64,000 nt of DNA from Bacteroidales bacterium (GTDB taxonomy: Bacteria; Bacteroidota; Bacteroidia; Bacteroidales; UBA10428): positions 108,482 through 172,481 of the forward strand of contig JBNKCO010000060.1 of NCBI GenBank assembly GCA_050287785.1. The letters are read 5' to 3'. How positions within the stretch are numbered: the stretch's first letter is position 1; every line of letters starts with the position of its first letter. This document shows, piece after piece, positions 10,567 through 22,400 of the stretch. The position numbers and the translations under genes are program-made. The notes beneath the pieces were generated by a model. The model worked only from the letters and a program-made list of their open reading frames with translations, did not search any database and was not told the origin of the DNA.

Positions 10567-11844
10567 TTAGTTTAGCTGTTTTGAAGGTTTTTCTAATCCA
10601 TGAGTTTTAGGACCGGTTTCAGTTATACGCAGCCAAACAGAAAAGATTAGTGCAAGAATGCCCAAAATGCTCAAAGTCCATATCATAGGGATATATCCCT
10701 GCGGATGCCCTGAAGAAGCATTAAAAATATCATTCAATTTACCAATACCTTCGTTCATGCCTCCTACTCCTATTTGTTGGATTAGTGTCATTAATGCATA
10801 AGCACTCCCCAATCTTTTAACATCAACAACATATGCAACAGATGGCCACATTATAGCTGGTATAAGGGAAAAAGCAATTCCCAACATAGAAATGGGGACA
10901 ACCAGGGAAATATTAGTATATGCTATTATAAAGAAAACGGGCATAAGTAATAGTGATCCAAGTACCATAAATGAGGACCTTTTACCTACAAAATCAACAA
11001 GTAATCCGATTAATGGAGTAGCAAACATTGATGCCATAGGTAAAAAGCTTAATAAATCCCCTGCCTCACTTCTTTCTATGCCATTAAATTGTTGAAAAAA
11101 CTTAATAGCAAACGAACGGAAAGGGAATACAGCTGAATAGAAAGTAACACATAACAGAACAATCAGCCAGAACGACCTCGAATAGCTTAATAAACCTTTG
11201 AGACTGAGTTTGTCTGTTTCTTCAGCTTTGGTAAGCTTAAATTTTTTATTTGCATATCCTTCAATGAAAAAGTAGGTTATCCCGGCTAATACACATAATA
11301 GTCCAATTATTGCAGCAATCTGGAGAGGTGGTTTCCAAGATGTGTAAAATTCCTCGAAAAAATTGGGCGATTTATCAGCAAACCAAGAACCTCCCCGGGC
11401 AATAAACAGATTTATCCCCATTGCAAAGCCCAAAGCTTTACCTTTAAACCATTTAGCAATTGAAACAGTTATTGCCACAATTAACAATTCAGCTCCAAGT
11501 CCTAATATAGTTCTTCCAATGAGCATGATAACCAGGTTGCTGTCCAGCATAGTTAATATGCCTGCCAGAGAGCAAATTGCACCAAATATCAGAACAGATA
11601 TCCGTGTGCCAAATTTATCAATAAAAACTCCGCCGAATATTAATGCAGCAATGGATGCCCAACTATAAAATGAATATAAACGACCTATACTATTATCAGA
11701 AAAACCTAGCTCAGAAGATAAAATATCTGCTATTGGTGCAATGCTATCATAAAGGTAATAGTTACCAAACATTGCCAAACTAGAAACTATTAATGCTGCC
11801 CACCTAAGCCAAGCTGGAATTTTAATATCTTTCATTGTAATCAT
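10567..11844 (-). CDS. MFS transporter
   Basis: 425 aa with ~12 predicted hydrophobic helices arranged as two 6-TM halves. The substrate is not inferable. Confidence 0.8.
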   Translation of the reverse strand: MITMKDIKIPAWLRWAALIVSSLAMFGNYYLYDSIAPIADILSSELGFSDNSIGRLYSFYSWASIAALIFGGVFIDKFGTRISVLIFGAICSLAGILTMLDSNLVIMLIGRTILGLGAELLIVAITVSIAKWFKGKALGFAMGINLFIARGGSWFADKSPNFFEEFYTSWKPPLQIAAIIGLLCVLAGITYFFIEGYANKKFKLTKAEETDKLSLKGLLSYSRSFWLIVLLCVTFYSAVFPFRSFAIKFFQQFNGIERSEAGDLLSFLPMASMFATPLIGLLVDFVGKRSSFMVLGSLLLMPVFFIIAYTNISLVVPISMLGIAFSLIPAIMWPSVAYVVDVKRLGSAYALMTLIQQIGVGGMNEGIGKLNDIFNASSGHPQGYIPMIWTLSILGILALIFSVWLRITETGPKTHGLEKPSKQLN

Positions 11845-12039
11845 ATTTTAAAAGCCTAAAGATATATCGAAAAAAATTGAATTTATATGACAAGAATTAC
11901 AAATAATGCAAAACACCACAATTTATTGTGAATTAAATAACAATTAGCCCTGTTTTTTTTAATATTCCAAAATATATTGCCAAATTTGCAGGCTCAAAGT
12001 AAAAATTGATAAATATCATATAATTAAATTAATGTAACT

Positions 12040-13686
12040 ATGATAAAAAGTGCATTACAACTTGCCAGGGAAAAATATAAGCCAAAATTACCTGGATCTT
12101 TAAACAGTACAGTAAAAATCGTTGAGGGCGAAAAGACAAAGTCGGTTGCTGATGAAAAAGAAGTAGAGAAACTATTTCCGAATACATATGGTATGCCTCT
12201 TCTTACTCTAGAGAAAGGCGAATCAAAGTCTTTTAAACCAGTAAAAGTAGGGGTAATCTTATCTGGTGGACAAGCGCCAGGGGGGCACAATGTTATTGCT
12301 GGTATTTTTGATGGTCTGAAAGCATTAAATGCTGATAGTCAACTATTCGGTTTCTTAGGAGGACCTTCAGGACTGGTTGATAATAAATACATTGAATTAA
12401 CCAGTGAAATAATTGATCACTACAGAAATACCGGAGGTTTCGATATTATAGGCTCAGGTCGCACGAAACTTGAAAAAACAGAACAATACGATCAGGGTCT
12501 TAAGAATTGTATTGCTCTTGGTATTAATGCCATAGTTATTATTGGTGGCGATGATTCTAATACAAATGCATGTGTGTTAGCCGAATATTATAAGCAAATA
12601 GATGCAGGTGTTCAGGTTATTGGTTGTCCAAAAACAATTGATGGTGACCTGAAAAACGAAATGATTGAAACCTCTTTTGGATTCGATACAGCTTGTAAAG
12701 TATACAGCGAACTAATTGGTAATATACAGCGCGATGCAAACTCTGCCAAAAAGTACTGGCACTTCATTAAACTAATGGGACGTTCTGCTTCTCATATCGG
12801 TTTAGAATGTGCGTTGCAAACTCAACCAAATATTACAATAATTTCTGAAGAAGTTGAGGAGAAGCAACAAACACTTGAAGATGTTGTAAAATATATTTCT
12901 GATGTTATCGCTAAACGCTCAGCAAAAGGGGAAGATTTTGGTACAGTACTAATACCAGAGGGTCTGATAGAGTTTATTCCTGAAATGAAAATACTTATTA
13001 GCGAATTAAACGATATCATGGCTGATAAAGAGGCTGAATTTAATTGTATCGAATCAAAACTTGAGAAGAGGGAGTTCATAGCAGAAGAATTATCTCATAA
13101 ATCAACAAAAGTTTTTGATAGCCTTCCAAACGATATTGCTGACCAGTTAATTATGGATCGCGATCCACATGGAAACGTTCAGGTTTCAAGAATTGAGACC
13201 GAAAAGCTACTCATTGAAATGGTAGAGACCAGACTTAAAAAGTTAAGAAAGAAAAAGAAGTTCCACGGAAAGTTTGCTGCACAGAATCATTTCTTTGGAT
13301 ATGAAGGCAGATGTGCTGCTCCATCAAATTTCGATGCTGATTATACTTATTCTTTAGGCTATACTGCAGCAATACTTATTTATGAAGGTAAAACTGGTTA
13401 TATGTCTTCAGTTAGAAATACCACAGCTCCTGCAAATGAGTGGATTGCTGGTGGTGTACCTGTTACTATGATGATGAATATGGAACGTCGTCACGGAGAA
13501 ATGAAACCAGTTATTCAAAAAGCTCTTGTTGAACTTGATGGTGCTCCTTTCAAGGCGTTTTCTAAGGAAAGAGAAGACTGGGAGATAAATACAAAATATG
13601 TTTATCCAGGACCGATTCAGTATTTTGGTCCAGCTGAAGTATGCGATGCTCCAACAAAAACTCTAACTTTAGAACAAGAAAAATAG
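12040..13686 (+). CDS. pfp: Diphosphate--fructose-6-phosphate 1-phosphotransferase (long PPi-PFK type)
   Basis: 548 aa. The motifs [27 protein letters not shown] and MGR match family A PFK with the Asp/Lys signature of PPi-dependent enzymes. Confidence 0.9.
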   Translation: MIKSALQLAREKYKPKLPGSLNSTVKIVEGEKTKSVADEKEVEKLFPNTYGMPLLTLEKGESKSFKPVKVGVILSGGQAPGGHNVIAGIFDGLKALNADSQLFGFLGGPSGLVDNKYIELTSEIIDHYRNTGGFDIIGSGRTKLEKTEQYDQGLKNCIALGINAIVIIGGDDSNTNACVLAEYYKQIDAGVQVIGCPKTIDGDLKNEMIETSFGFDTACKVYSELIGNIQRDANSAKKYWHFIKLMGRSASHIGLECALQTQPNITIISEEVEEKQQTLEDVVKYISDVIAKRSAKGEDFGTVLIPEGLIEFIPEMKILISELNDIMADKEAEFNCIESKLEKREFIAEELSHKSTKVFDSLPNDIADQLIMDRDPHGNVQVSRIETEKLLIEMVETRLKKLRKKKKFHGKFAAQNHFFGYEGRCAAPSNFDADYTYSLGYTAAILIYEGKTGYMSSVRNTTAPANEWIAGGVPVTMMMNMERRHGEMKPVIQKALVELDGAPFKAFSKEREDWEINTKYVYPGPIQYFGPAEVCDAPTKTLTLEQEK

Positions 13687-13710
13687 AACTAATTTGTCAA
13701 TTATATTTTA

Positions 13711-13742
13711 AGCCATCTATTAATTCAGATGGCTTTTTTTGT
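13711..13742 (+). terminator. Rho-independent terminator after pfp
   Basis: The stem AGCCATCT (13711-13718) pairs with AGATGGCT (13727-13734), followed by TTTTTTTT. Confidence 0.8.
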
Positions 13743-13821
13743 TTCTATATATTTCTTACTTTGGAGTTTGTCAAAACTTTTGTTATTTTACTTGCTAACT
13801 GAAATAAGAAAAACACTATAT

Positions 13822-15027
13822 ATGACTGACAAAAAGAAAAAAGGAACAATTGCTATTCTAACAGGAGGTGGTGATGTTCCTGGTTTGAACCCAGCAATTA
13901 GGGCGATAACAATAAGAGCCATACACGAAGGCTATCAAGTAATTGGTTTGCGCAGAGGTTGGGCCGGTATACTTGATTTTGTACGGGATAAAAAGGCAGA
14001 TAACAGTGATAGATATCTTGTGTTAACTGAAGAAATAGTTAATAAGGCCGGAAGATCTGGTGGTACATTCTTGCATACTTCCAGAACTCGTCCAAGTCAT
14101 GTTGCTAAGGATTCAGTTCCCGAGCAATATAAGGATAAATACACCGATGAGGTGAATGATCTTACTCCTGAAATTATAAAGAACCTTGAATACCTGGGAG
14201 TTGATTATTTAATTCCTATTGGTGGAGATGATACACTTAGCTACGCAGTTAGATTGTATGCTGAAGGTGTAAAGGTGGTTGCTATTCCAAAAACAATGGA
14301 TAACGACGTTCCGGGAACTGATTATTGTATTGGATTCAGTACTTGTGTTACTCGTACCATTCAAATGTGTAATACACTTCGAACATCTGCTGGTTCACAT
14401 GAAAGAATACTTGTATTAGAAGTATTTGGACGCTATGCAGGATTTACAGCTATGATTCCTACAATGGCAGGAGCTGCTAATAGGTGTGTGATCCCAGAAT
14501 ACAAATTCAATGTTGATAAGCTTACTCATTTATTGGTTGATGATAGAAATAAAAATCCTAGTAAGTATTCTGTTGTAATTGTTTCAGAAGGAGCAATGTT
14601 GTCTGGAGATTCTGAAATGATGTATCGTTCATTGGAAAAAGATGCTTATGGTCATGCTAAGCTGGGTGGAGTAGGAGATTTAGTCTCAATGAAAATAAAG
14701 GAGCTCTCGCCTCAATATAATAATGGCAAAAGTATTAATGTAATTAATCAGCAATTAGGTTATTTAGTGCGTGGAGGAGATCCTGATGCTATTGATTCAA
14801 TTGTACCAATGGCTTATGGTAATCTTGCGCTGGATTTAATACTCAAAGGAATTCATGGACGCTTAGTTGTTTTGCGTAATGGAAGATACGATAATGCTCC
14901 TATTGATGTAGTTACAAGTACAAATAAAAAGATTGATATTAAAAGACATTATAATTCTGATAGGATGCGTCCTCATTACAAAAGTTTCGAATTTCAGCCA
15001 CTATTTATTATGACTGGTGGAGCATAG
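13822..15027 (+). CDS. 6-phosphofructokinase, family A (shorter type; phosphoryl donor uncertain)
   Basis: Motifs are TGGGDVPGLNPAIR, IGGDDTLSYA, PKTMDNDV and GRYAG. The track ORF starts at 13729 inside the upstream terminator. The ATG at 13822 (MTDKKKKGTIAILTGGG) is the plausible start. Confidence 0.88.
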   Translation: MTDKKKKGTIAILTGGGDVPGLNPAIRAITIRAIHEGYQVIGLRRGWAGILDFVRDKKADNSDRYLVLTEEIVNKAGRSGGTFLHTSRTRPSHVAKDSVPEQYKDKYTDEVNDLTPEIIKNLEYLGVDYLIPIGGDDTLSYAVRLYAEGVKVVAIPKTMDNDVPGTDYCIGFSTCVTRTIQMCNTLRTSAGSHERILVLEVFGRYAGFTAMIPTMAGAANRCVIPEYKFNVDKLTHLLVDDRNKNPSKYSVVIVSEGAMLSGDSEMMYRSLEKDAYGHAKLGGVGDLVSMKIKELSPQYNNGKSINVINQQLGYLVRGGDPDAIDSIVPMAYGNLALDLILKGIHGRLVVLRNGRYDNAPIDVVTSTNKKIDIKRHYNSDRMRPHYKSFEFQPLFIMTGGA

Positions 15028-15053
15028 ACCAAAAGACTTAATTATAAATAATA

Positions 15054-15089
15054 AAGGCTGTTCTATAATCCAGAACAGCCTTGTTTTTT
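15054..15089. terminator. Bidirectional terminator between the PFK gene and the SPOR gene
   Basis: The stem AAGGCTGTTCT pairs with AGAACAGCCTT. It is flanked by an A-run upstream and GTTTTTT downstream, and sits between convergent genes. Confidence 0.8.
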
Positions 15090-15118
15090 ATTCTAATCTA
15101 GCCCAAAAAGAATAAATA

Positions 15119-15586
15119 CTATTTCTTTACATGTACCCACGCTCGTGGTGTTACATTGTTTCTGAAATTTGGAATATCGTTTATTGCCATTGTGTAATTA
15201 TCATACGATTGTGCCGATACTCTGAAAAATCCCAGTGAATTTGAATAGATAACTTGTGGCTGATAACCCAAATCCTGCATTTTCTTAGCGTATTTTTGGG
15301 CAAGCTGCTCACTTAAGAAGCTGCCAACAACCATATAGAATCTATTGTTGCCATAACCTGTTGTAGGAGCATTAGACTCTACTGGAGCTGTTATTGGTTC
15401 AGTTTCCTGTACAATTGTTTCTATTTCAGTTGAGTCTGTGTTTGTGTCTGTGATAAAATCCTCTGTTATTGTAATTAATGTATCAATTGAATTGTCAATC
15501 ATCTTGTCAGATTTGTTGATGAACTTACAAGAAGAGAAAACAATTAATATTAAAAATACATTTAAAAAGAGCTTTAATATTTTCAT
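15119..15586 (-). CDS. SPOR-domain lipoprotein
   Basis: 155 aa with a lipobox (VFSSC). The C-terminal segment RFYMVVGSF..EQLAQKYAKKMQDLGY...FRVSA is typical of SPOR peptidoglycan-binding domains. Confidence 0.8.
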   Translation of the reverse strand: MKILKLFLNVFLILIVFSSCKFINKSDKMIDNSIDTLITITEDFITDTNTDSTEIETIVQETEPITAPVESNAPTTGYGNNRFYMVVGSFLSEQLAQKYAKKMQDLGYQPQVIYSNSLGFFRVSAQSYDNYTMAINDIPNFRNNVTPRAWVHVKK

Positions 15587-15733
15587 TTTTTAAGCATTTA
15601 ATTAACTACCTATTCTACATTAGCTATACTACTATCATATCCTAAAGCAATTTAAGCTATGGTATTCTAAATTACTAAATTATTTATTAACCATTTCCTT
15701 AAAATAGGAATAATGTGTGCTTAATTATTAGAT

Positions 15734-16315
15734 TTATATCAGATCGCATGCATCTGCAGGAAGCCAATGTTTATCTTTTCCCTCCCATTTTATATTACAA
15801 CCAATCGGATTGGTTTTGTTTTTAGTTAGAACCTTTTCATTTGCCAATTCAGTTAGTACTATTTCAAGATCATTAACTGTTGCTTTTGATGCGTCACGCG
15901 GATTGTCAACTGCTCTACCAGTATAAACAAGTTTTCTGGTTTTATCAAAGACATAAAAATGAGGGGTACGCAATGCTCCGTATTTAAGGGCAATCTCCTG
16001 GGTTTCGTCATACAAATATACCCATGGAAATTTGTGCTTTTCCATCCTGGCAACCATATGAGGGAAATCATCTTCCTGATATGTGTTAGGACTATTTGAG
16101 TTAATAGCAACAAACTTCACACCCTTAGAGGCGAATTTGTTTGCGGTTTTACGAGTAACTTCATCTGAGCCAATTACATATGGGCAATGGTTGCAGGTGA
16201 AAAATATTACTAAAAATGTAGAGTCTGAAAAACTATCAATAGTGAAATATTCTCCATTTGTAGCCTTTAAGTTAAAGTCTATTGCATGTTGACCAATATC
16301 AAGTGTAAATGCCAT
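15734..16315 (-). CDS. Thioredoxin-fold (AhpC/TSA/redoxin-like) protein
   Basis: 193 aa with a CxxC-type motif (FFTCNHCPY) in the redoxin context. Confidence 0.8.
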   Translation of the reverse strand: MAFTLDIGQHAIDFNLKATNGEYFTIDSFSDSTFLVIFFTCNHCPYVIGSDEVTRKTANKFASKGVKFVAINSNSPNTYQEDDFPHMVARMEKHKFPWVYLYDETQEIALKYGALRTPHFYVFDKTRKLVYTGRAVDNPRDASKATVNDLEIVLTELANEKVLTKNKTNPIGCNIKWEGKDKHWLPADACDLI

Positions 16316-16623
16316 TGTTCTGTAGGTTGTTTTTATACTAACAAATTAATATAGTTAAAGTTCATCACAAGCATAGCTATAGAAGGCTATTACTCATACA
16401 GCTTCTGTATATTTAGTATGTTTTTCCTGGTGGTTTTTAAACTTGAGAAAAAGTAGTTCTTGGAGTAAGTAGTATAAATGAGCTTATTTTATTTTTTTTC
16501 TTCATGGTTTTTAATCATTAGATATTTTATTTTTATAGAAGTTAATTAGTAGTTCATCAATAAAAACGGACTTTTACTAATAAACACCGTAAACAAGTAT
16601 TGAACTAAACCTACTCCCCATTC

Positions 16624-17052
16624 ATGAAATATGATTGGAATAAATATACTATTCTTGTAGCAGAGGACGACCCTATCAATTTTAAATATCTTCAATTATT
16701 GTTGGAAAAGCGCACGGGTGCTCAAATTGTTTGGGCCAAAACCGGTGTTGAAGCATATGAGAAAATAATTAACTTTTCTGCAATTGATTTGGTGCTATTA
16801 GACCTACAACTACCTGAACTTAACGGACTAGATGTTTTAATTCAATCGAAAAAAGTAAAACCAGAAATGCCAGTTATAATGCAAACTGCAAACACATGGA
16901 ATAATGAAGATGACTTGTGTATTGAAGCAGGATGTGATGGGTTCTATGCAAAACCATTAAATATCGATTTATTATTCGAACACATTGATAATTGTTTGAA
17001 AAGTGTAGACGAAAGTAGGTTGGCACAACAAAACTTATTAAATAAACTTTAG
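16624..17052 (+). CDS. Stand-alone response-regulator receiver protein
   Basis: 142 aa with ILVAEDD, LVLLDLQLPELNG and a conserved K (YAKPL). Confidence 0.85.
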   Translation: MKYDWNKYTILVAEDDPINFKYLQLLLEKRTGAQIVWAKTGVEAYEKIINFSAIDLVLLDLQLPELNGLDVLIQSKKVKPEMPVIMQTANTWNNEDDLCIEAGCDGFYAKPLNIDLLFEHIDNCLKSVDESRLAQQNLLNKL

Positions 17053-17060
17053 CGTTATTT

Positions 17061-17087
17061 AATCTTGCATATTGCAGGATTTTTTTG
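17061..17087 (+). terminator. Rho-independent terminator
   Basis: The stem AATCTTGCA pairs with TGCAGGATT (one mismatch), followed by TTTTTTTG. Confidence 0.6.
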
Positions 17088-17250
17088 TCTAAATTTTTGT
17101 GGTATTAAATACTATATGAATGTGTTAATAGTAATAACTTAATTACAACTTGGAACATATGAGTTGTAGTCACTACCTTATGTGCAGACTTTGTACGTGA
17201 ATGTTTCATATATTCTTTTTATATTTGAGTTGAACCATTTTAAATACTTC

Positions 17251-19155
17251 ATGAGAACTTTAGTAAACCTTATGGAGGAAAGTGCAAAGACTTTCCAGAA
17301 TAATCCCTATGTATATCAAAAAGAAAAAGGAGTTTATAAACCATACACTTATGTTGAAGTGCGTAAAAGAGTTCACAGATTTGGTGCAGGCTTAATGCAT
17401 TTAGGATTAAATGATGGTGATAGAGTTTCTTTATTAGCTGAAGGTAGACTTGATTGGATAGCGGCTGAATTGGGAGTGTTGTACAATAAAGCGATAAATG
17501 TACCTCTTTCTATTAAGCTTTCTGCCGAAGAAGTATTATTCAGGTTAAATCACAGTGGTTCAAAGTTTGTCGTTACAACAAGTCGTCAAATTGAAAAAGT
17601 ATTAGAGGTAAAAGCAGAGCTTAAAACAATAGAAAAAATAATACTACTTGATAACCCTCAAAAGGAAGATGAATTTATTATTGGAATAGATGAATTATTG
17701 GCCAGGGGAGATGAGCAATTAAAGAAATCCAGAAGCGATTTTGAGAAAAGATATACTAGTGTTGGAGAAGATGATTATGCAAATATTTGTTACACATCGG
17801 GTACAACTGCTGATCCCAAAGGCATTATTTTATCTCATAGAAATTATACGGCAAATGTAGAACAGTCTAATTCTGTTATGCCGATACCAGAATGGTATTC
17901 TACCTTGTTAATACTTCCATGGGATCATGCTTTTGCTCATACATGCGGAATCTATACTTTAATGGCTAATGGAGCAAGTCTGTCTTGTGTCGATTTAGGT
18001 AAAACACCCATGGATACTTTAAAAAATATTCCTATAAATATTAAAGAGTCTAAGCCAGTTTTCCTTCTTAGCGTTCCTGCGCTTGCCAAAAATTTCAGAA
18101 AGAACATTGAAAATGGTATCCGGGCAAAAGGTCCAAAAGTTGAGAAACTTTTTAACCGAGCCTTAGCAACTGCATACGATTATAATGGGATAGGATGGGA
18201 TAAAGGAAAAGGATTAAAGTTTTTGTTGTGGCCATTAGTAAAACTATACGATAAGCTCCTTTTTAGTAAAATTAGGGAAGGTTTTGGTGGAAAACTTGAA
18301 TTCTTTGTTGGTGGTGGCGCTTTATTAGACATAGAACTTCAACGATTCTTTTATGCAATTGGAATTCCTATGTATCAAGGTTATGGACTTAGTGAGGCAG
18401 CCCCGGTTATTTCAAGCAATTCTCAAAAAAAGGTTAAAATGGGATCTTCAGGTGCAATTGTAGATTTCTTAGAAGTGAAAATTTGCGATGATGAAGGTCT
18501 TGAACTACCAATTGGAGAAAAGGGCGAAATTGTAGTTAAGGGTGAGAACGTAATGAAAGGTTACTGGGCAAATGAAGAGGCAACCAAAGAAACTATTAAA
18601 AACGGCTGGCTTTATACTGGCGATTTGGGGTATGTAGATAAAGATAACTTCCTTTATGTTCTTGGACGATTTAAAAGTCTTTTAATTGCTGATGATGGAG
18701 AGAAATTTAGCCCCGAAGGGATTGAGGAAGCAATGACAGACCAGTCTCCACTGATTGAGCAGTGTATGCTTCATAATAATCAAATGCCATATACTATTTG
18801 TCTGCTTGTACCTAATGCCGAAGCTGTAAAAAGACAAGCTAAAGATAAAAATATCAATATTGAAACCGAAGAAGGACTTCGGAAAATGCTGGAAATTATT
18901 GGAAAGGAAGTTAATGAATATCGTACCGGCGGAAAGTATGACGAGATGTTTCCTCAGCGCTGGCTTCCATCATCAATAGCAGTTTTAAGCGAAGGATTTA
19001 CAGAGGATAACAACCTCTTAAATAGCACTCTTAAAATGGTTCGGCCTAAAATTAACGAACGATATGCCGATTTGTTAGACTATCTCTATACACCTGATGC
19101 AAAAGACATAACAAATAAGCAAAACATAGAAAGCCTTAAAAGCATACTTAATTAA
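17251..19155 (+). CDS. Long-chain fatty acid--CoA ligase (AMP-binding family)
   Basis: It has the AMP-binding motif YTSGTTADPKG plus GYGLSE and TGDLGY. The track start at 17182 is GTG. The ATG at 17251 (MRTLVNLMEE) is more plausible. Confidence 0.9.
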   Translation: MRTLVNLMEESAKTFQNNPYVYQKEKGVYKPYTYVEVRKRVHRFGAGLMHLGLNDGDRVSLLAEGRLDWIAAELGVLYNKAINVPLSIKLSAEEVLFRLNHSGSKFVVTTSRQIEKVLEVKAELKTIEKIILLDNPQKEDEFIIGIDELLARGDEQLKKSRSDFEKRYTSVGEDDYANICYTSGTTADPKGIILSHRNYTANVEQSNSVMPIPEWYSTLLILPWDHAFAHTCGIYTLMANGASLSCVDLGKTPMDTLKNIPINIKESKPVFLLSVPALAKNFRKNIENGIRAKGPKVEKLFNRALATAYDYNGIGWDKGKGLKFLLWPLVKLYDKLLFSKIREGFGGKLEFFVGGGALLDIELQRFFYAIGIPMYQGYGLSEAAPVISSNSQKKVKMGSSGAIVDFLEVKICDDEGLELPIGEKGEIVVKGENVMKGYWANEEATKETIKNGWLYTGDLGYVDKDNFLYVLGRFKSLLIADDGEKFSPEGIEEAMTDQSPLIEQCMLHNNQMPYTICLLVPNAEAVKRQAKDKNINIETEEGLRKMLEIIGKEVNEYRTGGKYDEMFPQRWLPSSIAVLSEGFTEDNNLLNSTLKMVRPKINERYADLLDYLYTPDAKDITNKQNIESLKSILN

Positions 19156-19233
19156 ACATTCCGAACTTATAAGATTTAATAGAAAAGCTTAACTTTGTGA
19201 TGATTCAAATGTTGTACCTTTCGAGTAGTGTTT

Positions 19234-19352
19234 GAATTATAAAGAATGAGGGGAGAGATTAGGCTCACAGAACCTCTGGCAACCTGTCAGACCATTGCGC
19301 AAGGTGCCAAAACCTAATCCCATATTGGTAAATGCATGGGAGATTATAAAAG
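19234..19352 (+). promoter_or_regulatory. SAM-I (S-box) riboswitch aptamer in the metH leader
   Basis: It shows P1 UUAUAA...UUAUAA, the kink-turn-like GAGGGGAGAGA, GGCAACC, AAGGUGCCAAAACCUAA, a P4 hairpin CCCAU..AUGGG and a closing GAGAUUAUAA. This follows the SAM-I consensus order. No B12 box (GCCACUG) is present. Confidence 0.78.
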
Positions 19353-19414
19353 AACACATATAAACACATAATTTATTAACATTCCCTTTTATGTAAAGGG
19401 AATTATAGTTTAAG

Positions 19415-22400
19415 ATGAATAGAAAAGAGATAATACAAGAGCTACTACAAAAAAAAGTTCTCCTGCTAGATGGAGCAATGGGTAGCCTTATTCAGGATTA
19501 TAAATTAGCTGAAGAAGATTATCGTGGAAACCGTTTTTTGGATTCAAAGATTGATTTGAAAGGAAACAATGATTTGCTTTCTATTACTCAACCCCAAATA
19601 ATAGAAGAAATTCATGAACGATATCTTGAAGCAGGTTCAGATTTAATAGAGACGAATACTTTTAATGCAAATCGGGTTTCACAGGCAGATTATGCTTTGG
19701 AAGAATTATGTTACGAAATGAATTTTGAATCAGCAAAAATAGCTCGTAAAGCCGCTGATAAATATACCAAACTTACACCTGACAAGCCTAGGTTTGTTGT
19801 AGGTTCGATCGGGCCAACAAACAAAACAGCATCAATGTCACCAGATGTTAATGACCCAGGTTTTCGTGCAATACATTTCGAAGAACTAGTTGAGGCTTAT
19901 GCTGAAGAAGTGAGAGGATTAATGGATGGTGGTGCCGATGTTTTAATGGTAGAAACAATATTTGATACCCTAAATGCGAAGGCTGCATTATTTGCAATAA
20001 AAAAGGTATATAAGGAACAAAATTCTGAATTGCCCGTGATGGTTTCCGGAACTATTACAGACGCTAGTGGAAGAACTTTGTCAGGCCAAACAGTTGAGGC
20101 ATTTTTAAATTCATTGTCACATGTAAATCTTTTAAGCATAGGGCTAAATTGTGCTTTAGGAGCAAAAGAAATGCTTCCACATATTGAAGAACTTAGTGCT
20201 AAAGCACCATTTCATATTAGTGCCCATCCAAATGCCGGATTACCTAATCAGTTTGGTGGTTACGATGAATCTCCGGAACATATGGCAGCTCAATTAGAAG
20301 AGTATTTAGCCGAAGGAAGTGTTAACATTATTGGCGGTTGCTGCGGAACTACTCCAGAGCATATTGCAGCTTTTTCTAAAATTATTGAAAAGCATAATAA
20401 TAGAAAACTGCCAGAAATTGAAAAACAAACAAAACTTAGTGGACTAGAACCCCTTACCATTACACGAGAAAGTAACTTCATAAATATCGGTGAGCGAACA
20501 AATGTTTCCGGCTCGAAAAAGTTTGCCCGCTTAATCAGAGAAGAAGAATTCGATAAGGCCCTTTCGGTGGCTCGCGATCAGGTAGAAGGTGGAGCACAGA
20601 TAATCGATATTTGTATGGATGATGCCATGCTGGATGCTGAGGCAAGTATGGTGAAATTCTTGAATTTGGTAATGGCGGAGCCAGAGATTGCCCGCGTACC
20701 AATTATGATTGATTCTTCTAAGTGGTCAGTAATTGAATCTGGATTGAAATATGTACAAGGAAAATGTATTGTAAATTCAATTTCGCTAAAAGAAGGAGAA
20801 GATCAATTTAAAGAACAGGCTCAGAAGATTCTTAGCTACGGTGCGGCAGTAGTTGTAATGGCCTTTGATGAAAAAGGACAAGCCGATAGTTTTGAGCGTA
20901 AGAAGGAAATCTGTAAGCGAGCTTATGATATTCTTACTGAAGAAGTAGGTTTCCCAGCAGAGAATATAATTTTTGATCCAAATATTTTGGCAATTGCTAC
21001 AGGTATTGAGGAACACAATAATTATGGAGTTGATTTTATCAATGCTACTCGTTGGATAAAGGAAAACCTTCCGTATGCCAAGGTAAGTGGAGGAGTAAGT
21101 AATCTCTCATTCTCATTCAGGGGAAATAACACAGTTCGTGAGGCTATGCATTCAGCATTTCTATATCATGCAACGAAAGCGGGCATGGATATGGGTATTG
21201 TAAATCCATCGATGTTGGAAGTTTATGATAATATTCCAAAAGATTTGTTGGAGCTTGTTGAGGATGTTATTCTAAATAAACGTGATGATGCAACTGAACG
21301 TTTAATTGATTTTGCTGAAACTGTTAAGCAAACCGATAAAAAAGAGAAGAAAACCGACGAATGGCGTATGAAACCTGTTAATGAGCGATTAAGCTATGCT
21401 CTTGTAAAAGGTATTGCTGATTTTGTTGAAGCAGATGTTTTAGAAGCCAAAGAAAGTTTCCCAAGAACAATTAATGTTATAGAAGGACCATTAATGGATG
21501 GAATGGGAGTTGTTGGTGATTTATTTGGGGAGGGTAAAATGTTTTTGCCTCAGGTTGTGAAAAGTGCCAGAGTGATGAAGAAAGCTGTAGCAACATTGTT
21601 ACCTTTTATTGAAGAAGAAAATGCTGGAGAAGGAGGAGTGGATGTTAGTATTGGTAAGATTCTTCTGGCAACGGTTAAAGGTGATGTACATGATATTGGT
21701 AAAAATATTGTTGGTGTTGTTCTGGCTTGCAACAATTATGAAATTATTGACCTTGGAGTAATGGTTCCCACAGAAAAAATTATTGAGGTTGCCAAAGAGC
21801 GGAATGTTGATATTATTGGTCTTAGTGGTCTTATTACACCTTCCTTGGAAATTATGAGCGATTTCGCACGGGAAATGGAAAAACAAGGTATTATTAAGCC
21901 CTTAATGATTGGAGGAGCAACAACATCAAAAATTCATACAGCTATTAAAATTATGCCACATACCGGAGCACCTGTAATACATGTAAAAGATGCTTCAAAG
22001 AGTGTTGGTGTAGTAAACAGTTTATTATCTAACGAATTGCGTGATTCGTACATCGAAAAGGTTAAAAGTGAATATACCCAGCTTCGTGATAATTATGCCG
22101 GTTCAAGTTCTAAGGTAAAATACAAATCGCTGGAAGAGGCCAGGCATAATAAGTTTGAAATTGATTGGGAAAACACCAATATTGTGCGTCCTGAGTTTAT
22201 CGGCACAAAAGTTTTTTCTAATTACCCATTATCAGAAATTCGCGAATATATGAATTGGGTTTTCTTCTTTGTTGTATGGCAACTGAGAGGTAAATTTCCT
22301 GAAATTCTTGACGACCCAAAAATTGGAGAGGAAGCACGTAAATTATATGATGATGCTAATCGGATGCTTGATAAAATAGTTGAAGAAAACCTAATTACAG

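Noticed and set aside
19200-19414. Cobalamin riboswitch expected upstream of metH
   Set aside because: There is no B12 box (GCCACTG) or other cobalamin-aptamer core. The sequence follows the SAM-I consensus instead.
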